A stretch of DNA of 64,000 nucleotides from Octopus sinensis (GCF_006345805.1 NC_043001.1:86924001-86988000); one strand, 5' to 3'; shown: positions 41,011-54,880, counted from the stretch's first letter. A program made the numbers and translations. Notes: generated by a model not told the origin, from the letters alone.

Positions 41011-41411
41011 TACACACGCATATACGTAATGAACTTGTTTACAATGCTCAGGTGCAAACTACATATATAATATATACTATGAAAGCGCGCGAAGACGTCG
41101 TGAGAGAGAGAAAGAGAAAGAAAATAGAATGTGTATGTGTGTGTGTATACATGCGAATCTGTGTTTAATTATGTATTTATGTATTTATGATATAGTATAT
41201 CAGACACACGCACGCATACACTCTTTCTCGCCTTCTCTTTCTCACACGCCCTCGTACTCGCTCACACACACAACACACAAATACATACTTATACATACAC
41301 ACATACTCATACACGCCCAGATTTTTTCTTCTACTTCGTTTTCCTTCACCTTTCATTTCCTTTTTTTTTTTCAAGATTTTTAAAAACCTTTTTGCTTTGC
41401 TCCTCCTCCTC

Positions 41412-41446
<35 letters not shown>

Positions 41447-41535
41447 GCTGATTGACGAAGGAGGAGGAAAGAATGTCGTCGTTCGCATTGATCGATCGTG
41501 GTGTCGCGTTTCGTCCTTTAAAATGAAAAAAAAAA

Positions 41536-41611
41536 ATGTTCCTTCTTCGGTCGATGTGTCGGACCTCGTCATCTTATCGTCATTTGCCCGTGTTCTTCCA
41601 AGTGCTGCCAG
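41536..41611 (+). CDS. speculative first coding exon MFLLRSMCRTSSSYRHLPVFFQVLP
   Basis: A-rich ATG context, CAG|GTTAGT donor, CpG-rich non-repeat patch. No homology recognised. Confidence 0.22.
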
Positions 41612-42028
41612 GTTAGTAACAGAACTGAAGTCGCTGTAATAGAGAAGAAACGGCATCAGCTGCCTCCTTCCTGTTCTTCCAGTTCTCGTTTCGTTATTTC
41701 GCTCGGTGTCTGATGTCGCTGAAGTCAAAACAGGAATGAAAGAGACTTACTTGTTTATTGCCACAATAGTAGTAGTAGTAGTAAACAGTAATAACAGTAG
41801 CAGCATAGGGCGGGGGTGAATGCGTACGCACGAAAGAAAGGAAAGATATTTATTTATTATACGGTCACTACTAATAATGATAATACGTACAAATTAGACA
41901 ACCTGTATCATTATTATTATAAGATTGTGTACGTACAAACAAATACAGCTTACTTTAATAGCCACTCATAAATAAAACAAACACTACAAACACAAATATA
42001 TGGGCTACTTATATGTATATTTGTACAC

Positions 42029-42092
<64 letters not shown>

Positions 42093-42173
42093 GTCTGTCT
42101 GTCTGTCTGTATGTATGTATGTATGTATGTATGTATGTATGTATGTATGTACGTACGTACGTATGTATGTATG

Positions 42174-42220
<47 letters not shown>

Positions 42221-42481
42221 TGTGTGTGTGTGTGTATGTGTTTGTGTGTCTGTGTTTGTCCCCCTAGCATTGCTTGACAACCGATGCGGTTCGGAAAAAG
42301 AGACCGATAGAATAAGTACTGGGCTTATAAAGAATAAGTCCCGGGGTCGATTTGCTCGACTATAAGGCGGTGCTCCAGCATGGCCGCAGTCAAATGACTG
42401 AAACAAGTAAAAGAGTATATATATATATATATATATAAAATACACACACACATACATATATATATATAATATATATGGTAA

Positions 42482-43375
42482 TAACTACAGATTCCTGACC
42501 TCCTCGCCCGACTTTCGAGGATCATAACTTTCAGAAAAATGGATATTTTTTAATGAAATTTTCTACGAATATGTGTTATATCATGTAGATTCCGAATATA
42601 CAAAATTTTGGGGGGAAAGTGTTTTAGGAGGGGGTGGGGTGGGGAATTTCGGAAAATTCACCGGTGTCCACTTCAATTCGCCTTAACTTGCAAGAAAATA
42701 GATATTTTTTAATGAAATTTTCTACTAATATACATCGGTCTATGTAGATTTCGAGGAATTTTTTTTGTGGGTGGTTGGGGGGGGGGGGGGCGGCAATTAG
42801 GGGTTACTTTTGAGGACCGTTCCCCACTCGGGGGTGTTTCGGAACAAGTCGTCCGTATTTGTTTCATTTTCTCCGTTTTGTGCGTTTTTGCATCCGCAGA
42901 TTTCTAGTCTACACACACACACATATATATGTAATTAAAAAAGTTCAAATGGGGAATTATTCTATAGACATTTAGCTGGTGTTTTTAGCATAACGAGTTT
43001 TCCGGTGATGAGTTTTCTAGTGACAGCTTCATTGCCTGCTGCTTCAGTTGGAATCTACCGATGCACAAAAGTAACCCCCAATTGTCCAACCACCCACGCC
43101 CCAAAAAATTCCTATGTTCTCGGTATCTACATAGTCCGAGGTATATTTGTAGAAAATTTCATTGAAAATATCTATTTTCTTGCAAGTTAAGACGAATTGA
43201 AGTGGACACCGGTGAATTTTCCAAAATCCCCCTCCTAAAACACCCCTCCCCACGAGTTTTATATATTTGGAATCTACATGATATAACACATATTAGTTGA
43301 AAATTTAATTTTAAAATATCCATTTTTCTGAAAGTTGTGATCATCCAAAGTCGGTGGGGCAGGAATCCGTAGTTA
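42482..43375. mobile_element. foldback element with ~310-bp sub-repeated TIRs
   Basis: TAACTAC(A/G)GATTCCTG ends. Arms 42482-42810 and 43068-43375 are mirror images. Confidence 0.88.
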
Positions 43376-43384
43376 TATATATCT

Positions 43385-43785
43385 CTTTTACTCTTTTACT
43401 CTTTTATTTGTTTCAGTCATTTGACTGTGGCCATGCTGGAGCACCGCGTTTAGTCGAGCAAATCGACCCCGGGACTTATTCTTTGTAAGCCCAGTACTTA
43501 TTCTATCGGTCTCTTTTGCCGAACCGCTAAGTGACGGGGACGTAAACACACTAGCATCAGTTGTCAAGCAATACTAGGGGGACAAACACAGACACACAAA
43601 CACACACACATATACATATATACGACAGGCTTCTTTCAGTTTCCGTCTACCAAATCCACTCACAAGGGATTGGTCGGCTCGAGGCTATAGCAGAAGACAC
43701 TTGCCTAAGATGCCACGCAGTGGGACTGAACCCGGAGCCATGTGGTTGGTTAGCAAGCTACTTACCACAAGCCACTCCTGCGCCT
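43385..43785 (-). mobile_element. SINE family A, full length
   Basis: Reverse complement of 49783-50195. Confidence 0.9.
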
Positions 43786-43838
43786 ATATATAATATATAT
43801 ATATATTATATATATATATACATATAATATATATATAC

Positions 43839-43873
<35 letters not shown>

Positions 43874-43924
43874 CTACATTACATATATATATTATATCAT
43901 ATATATATATATATATATACATAT

Positions 43925-43971
<47 letters not shown>

Positions 43972-43988
43972 ATATATATATATATATA

Positions 43989-44024
<36 letters not shown>

Positions 44025-44179
44025 CATATTTATATACACCATACATATTCACATACATACGGAGAGAGAGTGTGTGTGTGTGTGAGTGAGGGTCAACAGA
44101 TGAGACCCAGAGATGCTCAATATAGAAACACTTAGTAACACTCAAATGTTTTGAACTTGCACTCTGAAATCTTTACTGA

Positions 44180-44220
<41 letters not shown>

Positions 44221-44311
44221 CATATATATATGTTAGTTGTTTCACACAATAGACTGCAACCATGCTGGAGCACCGCCTTGATGAATTTTAGTTGGACGAA
44301 TAGACCCTGTG

Positions 44312-44379
<68 letters not shown>

Positions 44380-44599
44380 TTAAGAAACTCGCTTTGCAAC
44401 CCCGTTGTTTTTTTCGAGTTCCGTTCCAATGCAGATACCATGAGCAAGCATCTTGTGAGTAAATTTAGTAGAAGGAAACTATTTATATGCATGTATGTGT
44501 GTGTTGTGTTTAACACCCTACCGTGTGACAACCTGCGTTGGTTAGTTTACGTCCTCGTTACATAGCGGTTTAGGCCAAAAAGCCCGGTAAAATAAGTAT

Positions 44600-45238
44600 C
44601 TGTTTCTTTATTACCCACAAGGGGCTGAACATAGAGGGGACAAACAAGGACAGACTAACGGACTGAGTCGATTACATCGACCCCAGTGCGTAACTGGTAC
44701 TTAATTTATCGACCCCGAAAGGATGAAAGGCAAAGTCGACCTCGGCGGGATTTGAACTCAGAACGTAACGGCAGACGAAATTCGGCTACGCATTTCGCCC
44801 GGCGTGCAGACTTTAAATATAAGTACTGGGGTCAGTTTCTTTAACTAAAAAACTTTTCTAGACGCTGCTCCAGCATGACCTCAATCCAAGCTCTGTGTGG
44901 TGTGTGTGTGTGTGTCTTATCGTTTTCTTTTATTTTTTTACTTGCAGATATGACTTGAAGAATTTTTAGTCGAATGGATCGACCCCAGTACATATTTTTT
45001 GTTATGGATATCTTTTGCCGAACTGCTAAGTTATGGGGACGTGAACACACCAACGCCAGTTGTCAAGCGGCGTTGGAGACAAATACACACACACACACAC
45101 ACATATACGACGGGTTTCTTTCAGGTTCCGTCTCCCAAATCCATTTACACAACGCTTTTACACACACACACACACACATATACGACGGTTTCTTTCAGGT
45201 TCCGTCTCCCAAATCCATTTACAACGCTTTTAACACAC

Positions 45239-45250
<12 letters not shown>
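44600..45250 (-). mobile_element. SINE family B followed by a family A fragment with an internal tandem duplication
   Basis: B body 44600-44812 and A body 44820-45250. A ~70-bp unit occurs at 45103 and again at 45177. Confidence 0.8.
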
Positions 45251-45274
<24 letters not shown>

Positions 45275-46009
45275 TATATACATACACACACATATATATA
45301 TATATACATATATATATAATACAAAATGGGTCAAGAAAGCAAAACATCTAGATATACGATACAAAGAAAACAAGGACGGGTCATTCGGAGTTTTCTTTCC
45401 TCAGCCGAGTTCCAGATTATCTTTGCAATTTCAGCTAGTTATACTCGAGATTGCTCCAATCTGGCCAGCCCCAAGGAAAAACTAAGCTAAGAGCATTAGA
45501 TTCCTTGGAAGAAAGCAGCGAATGTATAAGAAAACAACAGGTGTCTTTCGACTAAGGGCGAATTAAATTAAGCTGGCGTGTGTGGAATAAAGCCTTACGG
45601 TAGGGATACAAGATTTCACAGGCGTGTATGGTTGTGTGCGTGTGTGTATGTATGTGTGTGTGTGTGTGTGTGCGTGCGTGTGACTGCGCACTATAAAAGA
45701 TATCTTCCAGTATTCTCTACTGTATTCCTTACGCCCGTGTAAGACACCACATCCCGATTAAATTTTTTTCTGTCGCTTTCACACAGAAAGAGGGGCAACA
45801 CCCCAAACTATTTCTTTTCCAAGGTCTCCGGGACTTGTGGAAGAAATTCGTCCTGAGACCGAATAGCTGAGCCAATGCGTCAAACATAATAAACTTCAGT
45901 AAAGTCACCTAACTCTATCCAAGGAGTGTTATTAAACCGAGTGACAGATAATTTCTGCAATCCACTGTCTGTCTGTCTGCCTGCCTGTCTGTCTTCCTTC
46001 GTCGCACTT

Positions 46010-46281
46010 TTCAAGCCTAACCAGGCTCATGGGCCCGGTTTCCCGGTTCCTGTGGCGTATGTGTCCACCCGCCCAGCCGGACGGGATGCCAGTCCATCGC
46101 AGCGTTACTCAAGAAACAGGAAGAGAGCGCGAGAGAAAGTTGTGGCAAAAGAGTACAACAGGGGTCGCCCCCCCCCCCTTTAGGTGTTTTCGCTCAATAA
46201 ACACATACAACGACCGGTCTGGGAATCGAAACCGCGATACTCCGACCGCGAGTCCGCTGCCCTAACCACTGGGCCATTGCA
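46010..46281 (-). mobile_element. SINE family C head with family D tail
   Basis: Head as at 17763, tail GCTGCGATGGACTGGC...GGGCCCATGAGCCTGG as at 19010-19100. Confidence 0.8.
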
Positions 46282-47532
46282 CAAAACCTAGAAACAGTAG
46301 AAAAACTAACGCAGAAGGGGAGGGAGGGTTGATGGATTATCATTTCCACTGAATGAAGGTCACTTTTGGCCGCCATAACGAGATAAACATAATCATTAAA
46401 CGAGCTCCAGCTAAGGTAAATATCCCCTCAATTTCGGAGCGGGATTAACTAGGGCTAACAAGAAGAGCAGTAACGTAATGCAGCATGTGCAGGGTGTGAA
46501 GACCACAAAGGGAAGCCGCTTTACGTGTGTGTATTTGCTGTAATTGAAATTAAGGTACATTTAAAGAAAGAAGTGGCTAATTTGGCTACCTCACAAGACG
46601 GCCAAAACTCATACTACATCACTGAAGAAGAGACTCGATAGACTCAGTCTTTTTACCTTTGGGCTAGAGGCAGTTTTCTCATGTAGGGTGCTGAGGTTAG
46701 CGACTCTTTTGTTCCATCACATGTCCTTAATACTGCGACGGAGCTGAAGGCTACTGCATCCATAAATGAGCGAAATAAGACACTGAAATACAAATACTGT
46801 CAGTAAACTAAATGTTTTATTCCAAGTATGGGCAAACTTTTTCAAGAAGCAAGTTGCATGCGTCATGGCGGACTGCATCACTAAAGAAAAATTCAAGGTA
46901 AATTTTTCGTTAGGCGTTCCATTCAGAAAATCCTGCTGGTCGCAGGTTTCCCACAACTGTTCTAATATGTGCTTTGTTTTAAGATGTCCAAGGGAGCTGG
47001 ATTGCTGACAACGGCGTTTTTGACTTCGTTAGCGACCCGCCTCAGTAGCAGATGATTCTCAGAAGGGTGCTTAACTGTTCCAGTGCTTCGCCTCGTAAAT
47101 CGCCAAGAGTAATACCGAGAATGTTTTGTGTTGTCTCACAAATGTTCAGAGAGAATGTATAAATGAAGGGTTGTTCATGCACCTTTAGCTTCTTTTTATT
47201 TTTGTTTATTTCTTGTATTCTTTAATCTTTTATTTGTTTCAGTCATTGGACTGGAGGCATCCTGGAGCACCGCCTTGAAAGGTCTAGTCGAATAAATCGC
47301 CCCCGTACATATTCTTTTTTTCAATCTGGTACTTATTCAATCGCATCTGTTTTGCAAAATCGCTAAGTTACGGGGATGTAAACAAACCAACTGTGGTTAT
47401 CAAGCTGTGAGATGATACAGATACAAGGACTAAATTATTCCCTGAAACTCCTAAAATGAAGTAGGAGACTTTTTTTAAAAATTTCTTTGTTTTTTTTTTT
47501 TTTAACTGTATAACTTTACTAAAAGTATAATT

Positions 47533-47976
47533 CAGGGGTGGGCAAATCCCCCGCCCGCGAATTCATCTTATTGTGCGCGCAGGCTGATATACTTGTATGT
47601 ATAAAACATAGTAAATTTTCCAATTATAAAATTTATACAATACCCGTATGCCTATTGCGACATAGCTCGCGTTTCTACTACGAGTGAAAGCGGTCAGACT
47701 TGAACAGAAATCGTCCGGTAATTGCCATTTGAATGGAAATTTTGTTTTCACTATAAAACACATATTGCTAGGTTTGTACCATCCCCTTGAGACCAAACTA
47801 CACCCTAGCTGAGAAAACTAAAAATATATTGCATGTATCCAAATAATTTTTATATGAAACGAAAGCTGGAGGATTGTAGAAGATACTGAGTAAAAATTAT
47901 TCATATCCATCTCCGCCCGCGGACCTTTTACTTTGTAAATTTTTTCCCGCCGCACTAAATACTATCCCCACCCCTG
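47533..47976. mobile_element. hAT-type MITE
   Basis: CAGGGGTGGG TIRs and an 8-bp TSD GTATAATT/GTGTAATT. Confidence 0.88.
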
Positions 47977-48213
47977 GTGTAATTCAGGAAGTAATTCAAA
48001 AGTAACTGAAAACTTCTGTTTTTAAATGTTTTATTTTATTTTATTATGTTTTATTATTTTGTTATTTATTTTATGTTGGGATAGATGGTCGGTGGCTAGC
48101 GTGGTGAAACTATCTAATAACGACTCCGTTCAGAAGGCTGGAATAATACATATGATATGCCAGTTGGAAAAGAGAGACACAACTGAGTAAAATGTTTGAG
48201 AGAGATTTGTTGA

Positions 48214-49129
48214 TGTTAAAATATGCGCCTGTGTGCGTCATGTATACGGAATAATAGACAGGCCGTTATGACCACAAAGTGTATGTGTGTATAGGAATGG
48301 GTGTTTGCGTGTGCGTTAAGTACATATAAGAATAACAATGAAGGAGAAAGTGAAAGAGTCTATAATGAGAAATTAGACGAATGTTCATAGACACAAGAAT
48401 GAGAGATACCAGTTTGTAGTCAATTGTACACGGTAATAGAAATATTGTATCAAGAAGTTGCAGCCATGATGCAGAGCCGGTTGCGGTACGTGTCGTACGA
48501 AGTTGTGGGTGTAATGCTGCTGCGTGGTTCACTCGTACAGGAGTTCTCGCAGGTTGCATATTCGCTGTTAACCATAGTGGTGTAATTCACGAACAGTGCT
48601 ATGTTAGAACCTGTGCGGTGTTGCTGGTTGAGCTATGAACGTAGAGCTGTTGTTGACGTCGTTAAGAAGATGGTAGCAACGAAGAAAGATTGCCGTAATG
48701 CTGTTGGACGGGTATTGTCGTCTGGCTCGCATATTGTATCTTTCCTGTTGATACAGGGTGAAGAAATTCACGAACAGTGCTGTGTTAGAACCTGGGCGTT
48801 TTGCTGTTGGACGGGTGTTGTCATCTGGTGTTGTCGCTGGAACTGGCTGTGTCTTGTGTGGTCAGTGGCTAGACCTTAAAAGGTCTGAAACCAAAGACAT
48901 CGAGACGAGGAGTAGCTGGGGTTTTATAAGAAACAGGAGGCTCAACAGGGTTGCGAACAGGCTGTCTCACGTGATCTTATTTAGGGGCTCCGATTGGTTA
49001 TTTGCTGCATATTGGCGCGACAGAGTAAGAAACAAATTGCGCTAATACCAACCAATCAGAGTAGTGGACACAACGGGGGTCCAAATAGTGGCCAAAAGCT
49101 AGCTGTTATCTGCTACGTTTGTATGTACA
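48214..49129 (-). mobile_element. probable solo LTR (family of 30072-30888)
   Basis: Colinear but diverged homology, CCTTATAAAA and GATTGG boxes on minus. Confidence 0.55.
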
Positions 49130-49254
49130 TATATATAATAAAGGGAGAGGAATTTCACTCGAGTGTACGCTACAATGGGATTATGTCTGATGAGAGGTTC
49201 ATCCGTCTCAACTCACTTGTCATAAGGACACAAGGTCAACGACTCGACAATAAT

Positions 49255-49480
49255 TAAGGTGGCGAACTGGCAGAATCGTTAGCACGCCAGGCAAAATGCT
49301 TAGCGACGTTTTACCCGTCTTTATGCTCTGAGTTCAAATTCTGCCGAAGTTGATTTTGCCTTTCATCCTTTCAGAGTTGTTAAAAAAAAAGTACCAGATG
49401 TGTACTGGAGTCGAAGTAATCGACTTACCCTCTCCCTTGGAATTGCAGGCTTCATGGCAAAATTTGAAACCAGTAATTAC
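49255..49480 (+). mobile_element. SINE family B
   Basis: GGTGGCGAACTGGCAGAATCGTTAGCAC head. Confidence 0.8.
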
Positions 49481-49782
49481 AAGAGTAACAATCCAGCATA
49501 GACTGTTAATAAATTCATTCATGAAAAGGAAGTAATGTTAAGCGTTTAGGGGAGGGCTTGAAAGGTGACACAGTAAAAAGTTGGGGGAGGAAACAGATGA
49601 ATTAAGTGGACTTGGAGGAAAAATGAATTCAATTAGCTAGACAAAGGAGCATAGAATGTTATAGGAGAGATAGAAAAGAAAAACTAACGTGTCAGTGAAT
49701 TTGTGCATGTGGTGTGTTCACGACTGAAGCGTTATAAATCAGTTTAACGGTCTTCTTTTGCATGAAGTGTAAAATGTATGTT

Positions 49783-50195
49783 TAGCCGTAGGAGTGGCTG
49801 TGTGGTAAGTAGCTTGCTTACGAACCACATGGTTCCGGGTTCATTACCACTGCGTGGCACCTTGGACAAGCGTCTTCTACTATAGCCTCGGGCCGACCAA
49901 AGCCATGTGAGTGGATTTGGTAGACGGAAACTGAAAGAAGCCCGTCGTATATATATATATATGTATGTATGTGTGTGTATATGTTTGTGTGTCTGTGTTT
50001 GTCCCCCCAACATCGCTTGACAACTGATGCTGGTGTGTTTATGTCCCCGTAATTTAGCGGTTCGGCAAAAGAGACCGATAGAATAAATACGAAGCTTACA
50101 AGGAATAAGTCCTGGGGTCGATTTGCTCGACTAAACGCGGTGCTCCAGCATGGCCACAGTCAAATGACTGAAACAAGTAAAAGAGAGTCAAGAGT
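49783..50195 (+). mobile_element. SINE family A, full-length reference copy
   Basis: A-box GGCTGTGTGGTAAG, B-box GGTTCA..CC, internal TA/TG repeat, (AAGAGT)n-like tail. Confidence 0.9.
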
Positions 50196-50569
50196 AAAAG
50201 AGAGAGTGGCAGTACCGTCCTAATATGCAACTGGTACTCACAATGTGCGGTCATAGGTGTCGAAAATATCAAGTTCTTGGTAACCCGAACTGGGTGCCGT
50301 ATTCTCAGGCATGCAAGTGGAATTTTTTAGAATAAAATAAAGGTAGATCGATTTATACACTTAGACGACTTTGGAAGACCGAAAACGCTGTAGGATTTGG
50401 AAAGATAGTGACGATATTTGAATGGTTACACATGCTTACCCTACATGTATGCCAGAAAATACGATAACCGATTTTCCTATCTACATCCGGAGCTAACTTA
50501 CATTTCGGCGTTAGTTTAATGAGATTACTAATAATTATTTCTAAGGCCGGCAACTTCCAGGAAGGGATG

Positions 50570-51770
50570 AAAGACAAAGTTGACCCAGGCAGGATTTGAA
50601 CTCACAATGCAAAGCACCGAGAGAAGTATGCAAGACATTTTCCCAACATTCTAACGATTCAGCCAAGTCACCACTTCTTTAAAAAAAAAAAGGCAATAAT
50701 TCAAGCAAAAGGCCAATAATTCTGTGGAAGATGGTTAGTCGATACTATGGATCCTCAGTACTTTATTTTATTGATTTTAGTGATGGGGACGGTTCGGTGA
50801 AAGGCAAAGCTGTCCTCGGCCTGATTTGAATCTAGAAACTAGAGCTGAATGAATACAGTATGGTATTTTGCCGAAACTCTCTTACAATTCTGTCATTCCA
50901 TAGCCCTGCAGTTTATAAGAATTCTTTCTTATTTAAGCAGATGGCCAGCAATTTGGAGGGGATGTTTAGGCGATTACATCGACGCCAGCACTTGGCTAGT
51001 ACTTTATTTTATTGATCTTGGAGGGTTTAAAGGTAAGTTCGCCCTCGGCGGAATTTAAACTCAGAACATAAAGAGCCAGAACAAATAATACAAAGCATCT
51101 TTCCCGACGTTCTAACAACACTGCTAGCTCACCACCATTTTTTAAGAATAATAATCGTTTCTGATTCAGGCACGAGATCAGTAATTTTGAGGGAACGGGA
51201 CTATTCGGTTCCATCGACTCCAGTACTGGACTGATACTTTATTTTATTCACCTCAGAGCACGAAAAGCAAAGTTGACTTTAGCGGATTTTGAACCCAGAA
51301 CGTAGAACCGAACAAATAGCGGAGGGCAATTCCCGACGCTCTAATGATTCTACCACTCCATCACCCTGGAGTTTAATAATGGTTTCAAATTTCGGCACCA
51401 GACCAGCAAGACGATTGCATCGATCCCAGTGTTCAACCCTCGAAAGGATGAAAAGCAAAAGTCGGCCTCGGCAGAATTTCAACAAATAGAGTAAAGGTAC
51501 CAGACGTGCAAACGATTCCTCCAGGTCGCCGCCTTAATTCATTCAATACAATATTCTTTTCTACTCTAGGCACAAGGCCCGAAATTTTTGGGGAGGGGGC
51601 CAGTCGATTAGATCGACACAGTTCGTAACTGGTACTAAATTTATCGACTCCGAAAGGATGAAAGGCAAAGTCGACCTCGGTGGAATTTGAACTCAGAACG
51701 TACAGACAGACGATATACCGCAAAGCATTTCGCCCGGCGTGCTGAAGTTTCTGCCAACATGCCGCCTTTT
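50570..51770 (-). mobile_element. head-to-tail array of ~6 diverged family B SINEs
   Basis: Repeated AAAG.CAAAGT.G.CCTCGGC.GA.TT(T)GAAC bodies, ~200 bp apart. Confidence 0.75.
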
Positions 51771-51973
51771 ATTTAATATAACATGACCATCAAATATGAA
51801 AGTACATTTATTTATCAAAAGGGCAACTTCTTAGTAAGGGCGATAACTTTTGTTTAAACTTTGCAGAGTTATTACACACTATTACAATATTTCTAGAATG
51901 CCTTCCCCCTTCCCCTTTCCTCCCAAAAGAATTTACTATACTATACCGTGATTGTCACACTGCTAATTAATGT

Positions 51974-52006
<33 letters not shown>

Positions 52007-52247
52007 GCAGCGGCAGAAAGGACGATGACATCAACAACTGTATCAACGACAATAACTTCAAAAGCCAGAATCGTAACAGTTCAAAATTCCTGACAAACGA
52101 AAGAACTTGTTTGTATGTGTGAATTTCACATAGCGGCAATAGTGCATATATGTATGTATGAATGTATATATATATATATACAAATATATATTTACACATA
52201 CGAAATTCATTATTAAGGTAATGTATGTATGTATATATATATATGTA

Positions 52248-52323
<76 letters not shown>

Positions 52324-52327
<4 letters not shown>

Positions 52328-52772
52328 ATTTTTGTGTAATGAGATAAAAAAACCCAAGGCTGTGTAGATATTAGAACATTTATAGACACCTTCTCTCTAT
52401 AAATGTTAATATATACAGATTTGTACTCATACAAAGATTCATCAAAGGACATTTTGATTTTTCTCTGCATGAGCATTTATTGTATTTGTTTGTATATAAG
52501 GCAGTCTTGACTCCATTTACTGGCATTGTTACCATGTTAGCTGTATCATAAGTATTTCTACTACTACAAATTGGATCATAGTTGGTGTTTATCATTGCAG
52601 TTTACATCTCCTTGGTTGGTATTTAGATGCAAGTGTTTGCTAGGTCCAGTAGGTGGATTGTTGAACCTTTGCTGCATTTTACTATTGTTTATGTGATGCA
52701 TAAGCTGCTCTAAATTAGAAGAGTTGGTGAAGGATACCTTGGTTTTTTTATCTCATTACACAAAAAATTCTT
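52324..52772. mobile_element. 36-bp-TIR non-autonomous element carrying a captured Naiad PLE fragment
   Basis: TIRs at 52324-52359 and 52737-52772. Interior 52410-52740 is the reverse complement of 55838-56168. Confidence 0.8.
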
Positions 52773-53724
52773 ATATACACACGCTGACATAGAACCAATG
52801 TTGAACCCATTATTCGCAAAATTACCGAATCTGGAACTTAACTATGGTCTGTCTATAGCACTTATTCAGCATTACCTCACACCTTTGGGTCTCAATGACA
52901 CCATTATCTCTTATATATATATGAGTGTCTATGTGTGTTTTGTGTATGATTATACATAAAAACATTTTAAAATTAGGTTAAAAAGCACCCTCTATGAATA
53001 TGTCACATATAAGATATATTTATGCAAAAGAAAGGAGGAGGTTTTACCAGAAGAAATATATAAACAATGGTATGCATGTATACACACACAATAATGTGAG
53101 ATTCTTTTGTATTGTGTGACATCTAAAAATTCGCAATGGATTGAAACTCACTTGTTACTAGAAGAAAGACAATAAAAGGCTGGTTGTAATCCTTTTTCTT
53201 TTCTTTGCTCTCTTCCAAAAAATTTCAATTGATTAAGAATTTTTTATATACTTTAGGGTAACAATACCTTTTTGATATGAGTGAGTGTGTGTGTGAACAA
53301 ATTCACACACGCATACACACATATATATATATATGCTTAAACACATACACATATATATATAGTATATGTATAGTGTACAGTTAGATGTACACTTGCTACT
53401 GTTGAGTTTAGCGCTCCACAGATTATCATCATCCAGTCTACTTCCAGTATAGCGTTGAGGTTACGACAATACTTAGTATTATTGCTGGCTATGATATACA
53501 GAGGAAATGTGGGAAAAATTATAATAATAAACAAGAGTTTATATCATTTGTTCCCGGTAAACGTTTTAACATTGTGGCTGTTTGGAATGACACCATTTGA
53601 TGTTCCATGTGAAATTGGGGGCTTAACCACAATAGATCATCAGAAGAATGCCTTATTGTATTGCTTCAGAAATTTATAACATTGTTTCCTTTTTGCATCA
53701 CCATACCTGTATATATATCATCAT

Positions 53725-54880
53725 CATCATAGTCATCATCATCATCATCATTTAACGTCCACTTTCCATGCTAGCATGGGTTGGACGATTTGACTGAGGA
53801 CTGGCGAACCAGATGGCTGCACCAGGCTCCAATCTGATCTGGCAGAGTTTCTACAGCTGGATGCCCTTCCTAACGCCAACCACTCCAAGAGTGTTGTCGG
53901 TGCTTTTACGTGCCACCGGCACAAGGGCCAGTCAGGTGGTACTGGCAATGGCCACACTCAAATGGTGTTTTTACGTGCCACAAGCAGAGGAGCCAGTCCA
54001 CTGGCAACAACTCGCTTGAATGTTTTTCACTTGCCACCGGCACAAGTGCCAGTAAGGTGACGCTGGTAACAATCATGTTTGAATGGTGCTTTTTATATGC
54101 CAATGCCAGGGAAGCGAGTCAGCTGCTCTGGCAGTGATCACGCTTGGATGGTGCTCTTAGCACTCCACTGGCACAGGTGCCAGTCATCAAATTTGTGAAT
54201 TTGATTTGATTTCAATTTCACTTGCCTCAACAGGTTGCAAGCAGAGTTTAGTATCCAGTGAAGGAAAGGTACGTATAAGTGGGCTGGTTACACCCCTGGC
54301 ATAGGCCACAGGTTATGGTCTCACTTGACTTTCTAGGTCTTCTCACGCACTGCATATTTCCAAAGGTTTCAGTCACTAGTCATTGCTTCAGTGAGGCCAA
54401 ATGTTCGAAGGTCGTGCTTCACCACCTCATCCCAGGTCTTCCTGGGTCTACCTCTTCCGCAAGTTCCCTCAACTACTAGGGTGTGGCACTTTTTCACACA
54501 GCTATCCTCATCCATTCTTGCCACATGACCATACCAGCGCAGTCGTCTCTCTTGCACACCACATCTGATGCTTCTTAGGGCCAACTTTTCTCTCAAGGTA
54601 CTTTCACTCTGTCGAGTATGCACACTGACATTACACATCTATCGGATCATACTGGCTTCATTCCTTGTGAGCTTATGCATGTCCTCAGCAGTCATGGCCC
54701 ATGTTTCACTGCCATGTAGCATGGTTTTTCATACACATGCATCATACAGTCTACCTTTTACTCTGAGCGAGAGGTCTTTTGTCACCAGCAGAAGTAAGAG
54801 CTCTCTGAACTTTGCCCAGGCTATTCTTATTCCAGCAGCTGCACTTTCAGCACACCCTCCCCCGCTACTGACTTGGTCAC
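53725..54880 (-). pseudogene. RTE-clade LINE 3' fragment with tandem-repeat 3' UTR and (GAT)n tail
   Basis: RIAWAKFREL, KGRLYDAC, HGSETW, RRLRWYGHVARMD, GRGRPRKTW. Confidence 0.92.

Noticed and set aside
45370-45415. CTGAGGA...CCGAAT on minus as a hammerhead
   Set aside because: GAAA is broken and stems I and III do not pair
46865-46897. ATG GCG GAC...AAG|GTAAAT mini-exon (MADCITKEKFK)
   Set aside because: Plausible signals but only 33 nt, with no promoter cluster or homology, so indistinguishable from chance
30072-49129. The two LTR-like copies as ends of one provirus
   Set aside because: Too diverged from each other, no gag-pol between them and no shared TSD
49170-49230. CTGATGAGAGG...CTC as a hammerhead
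   Set aside because: No GAAA after stem II, at best a decayed remnant
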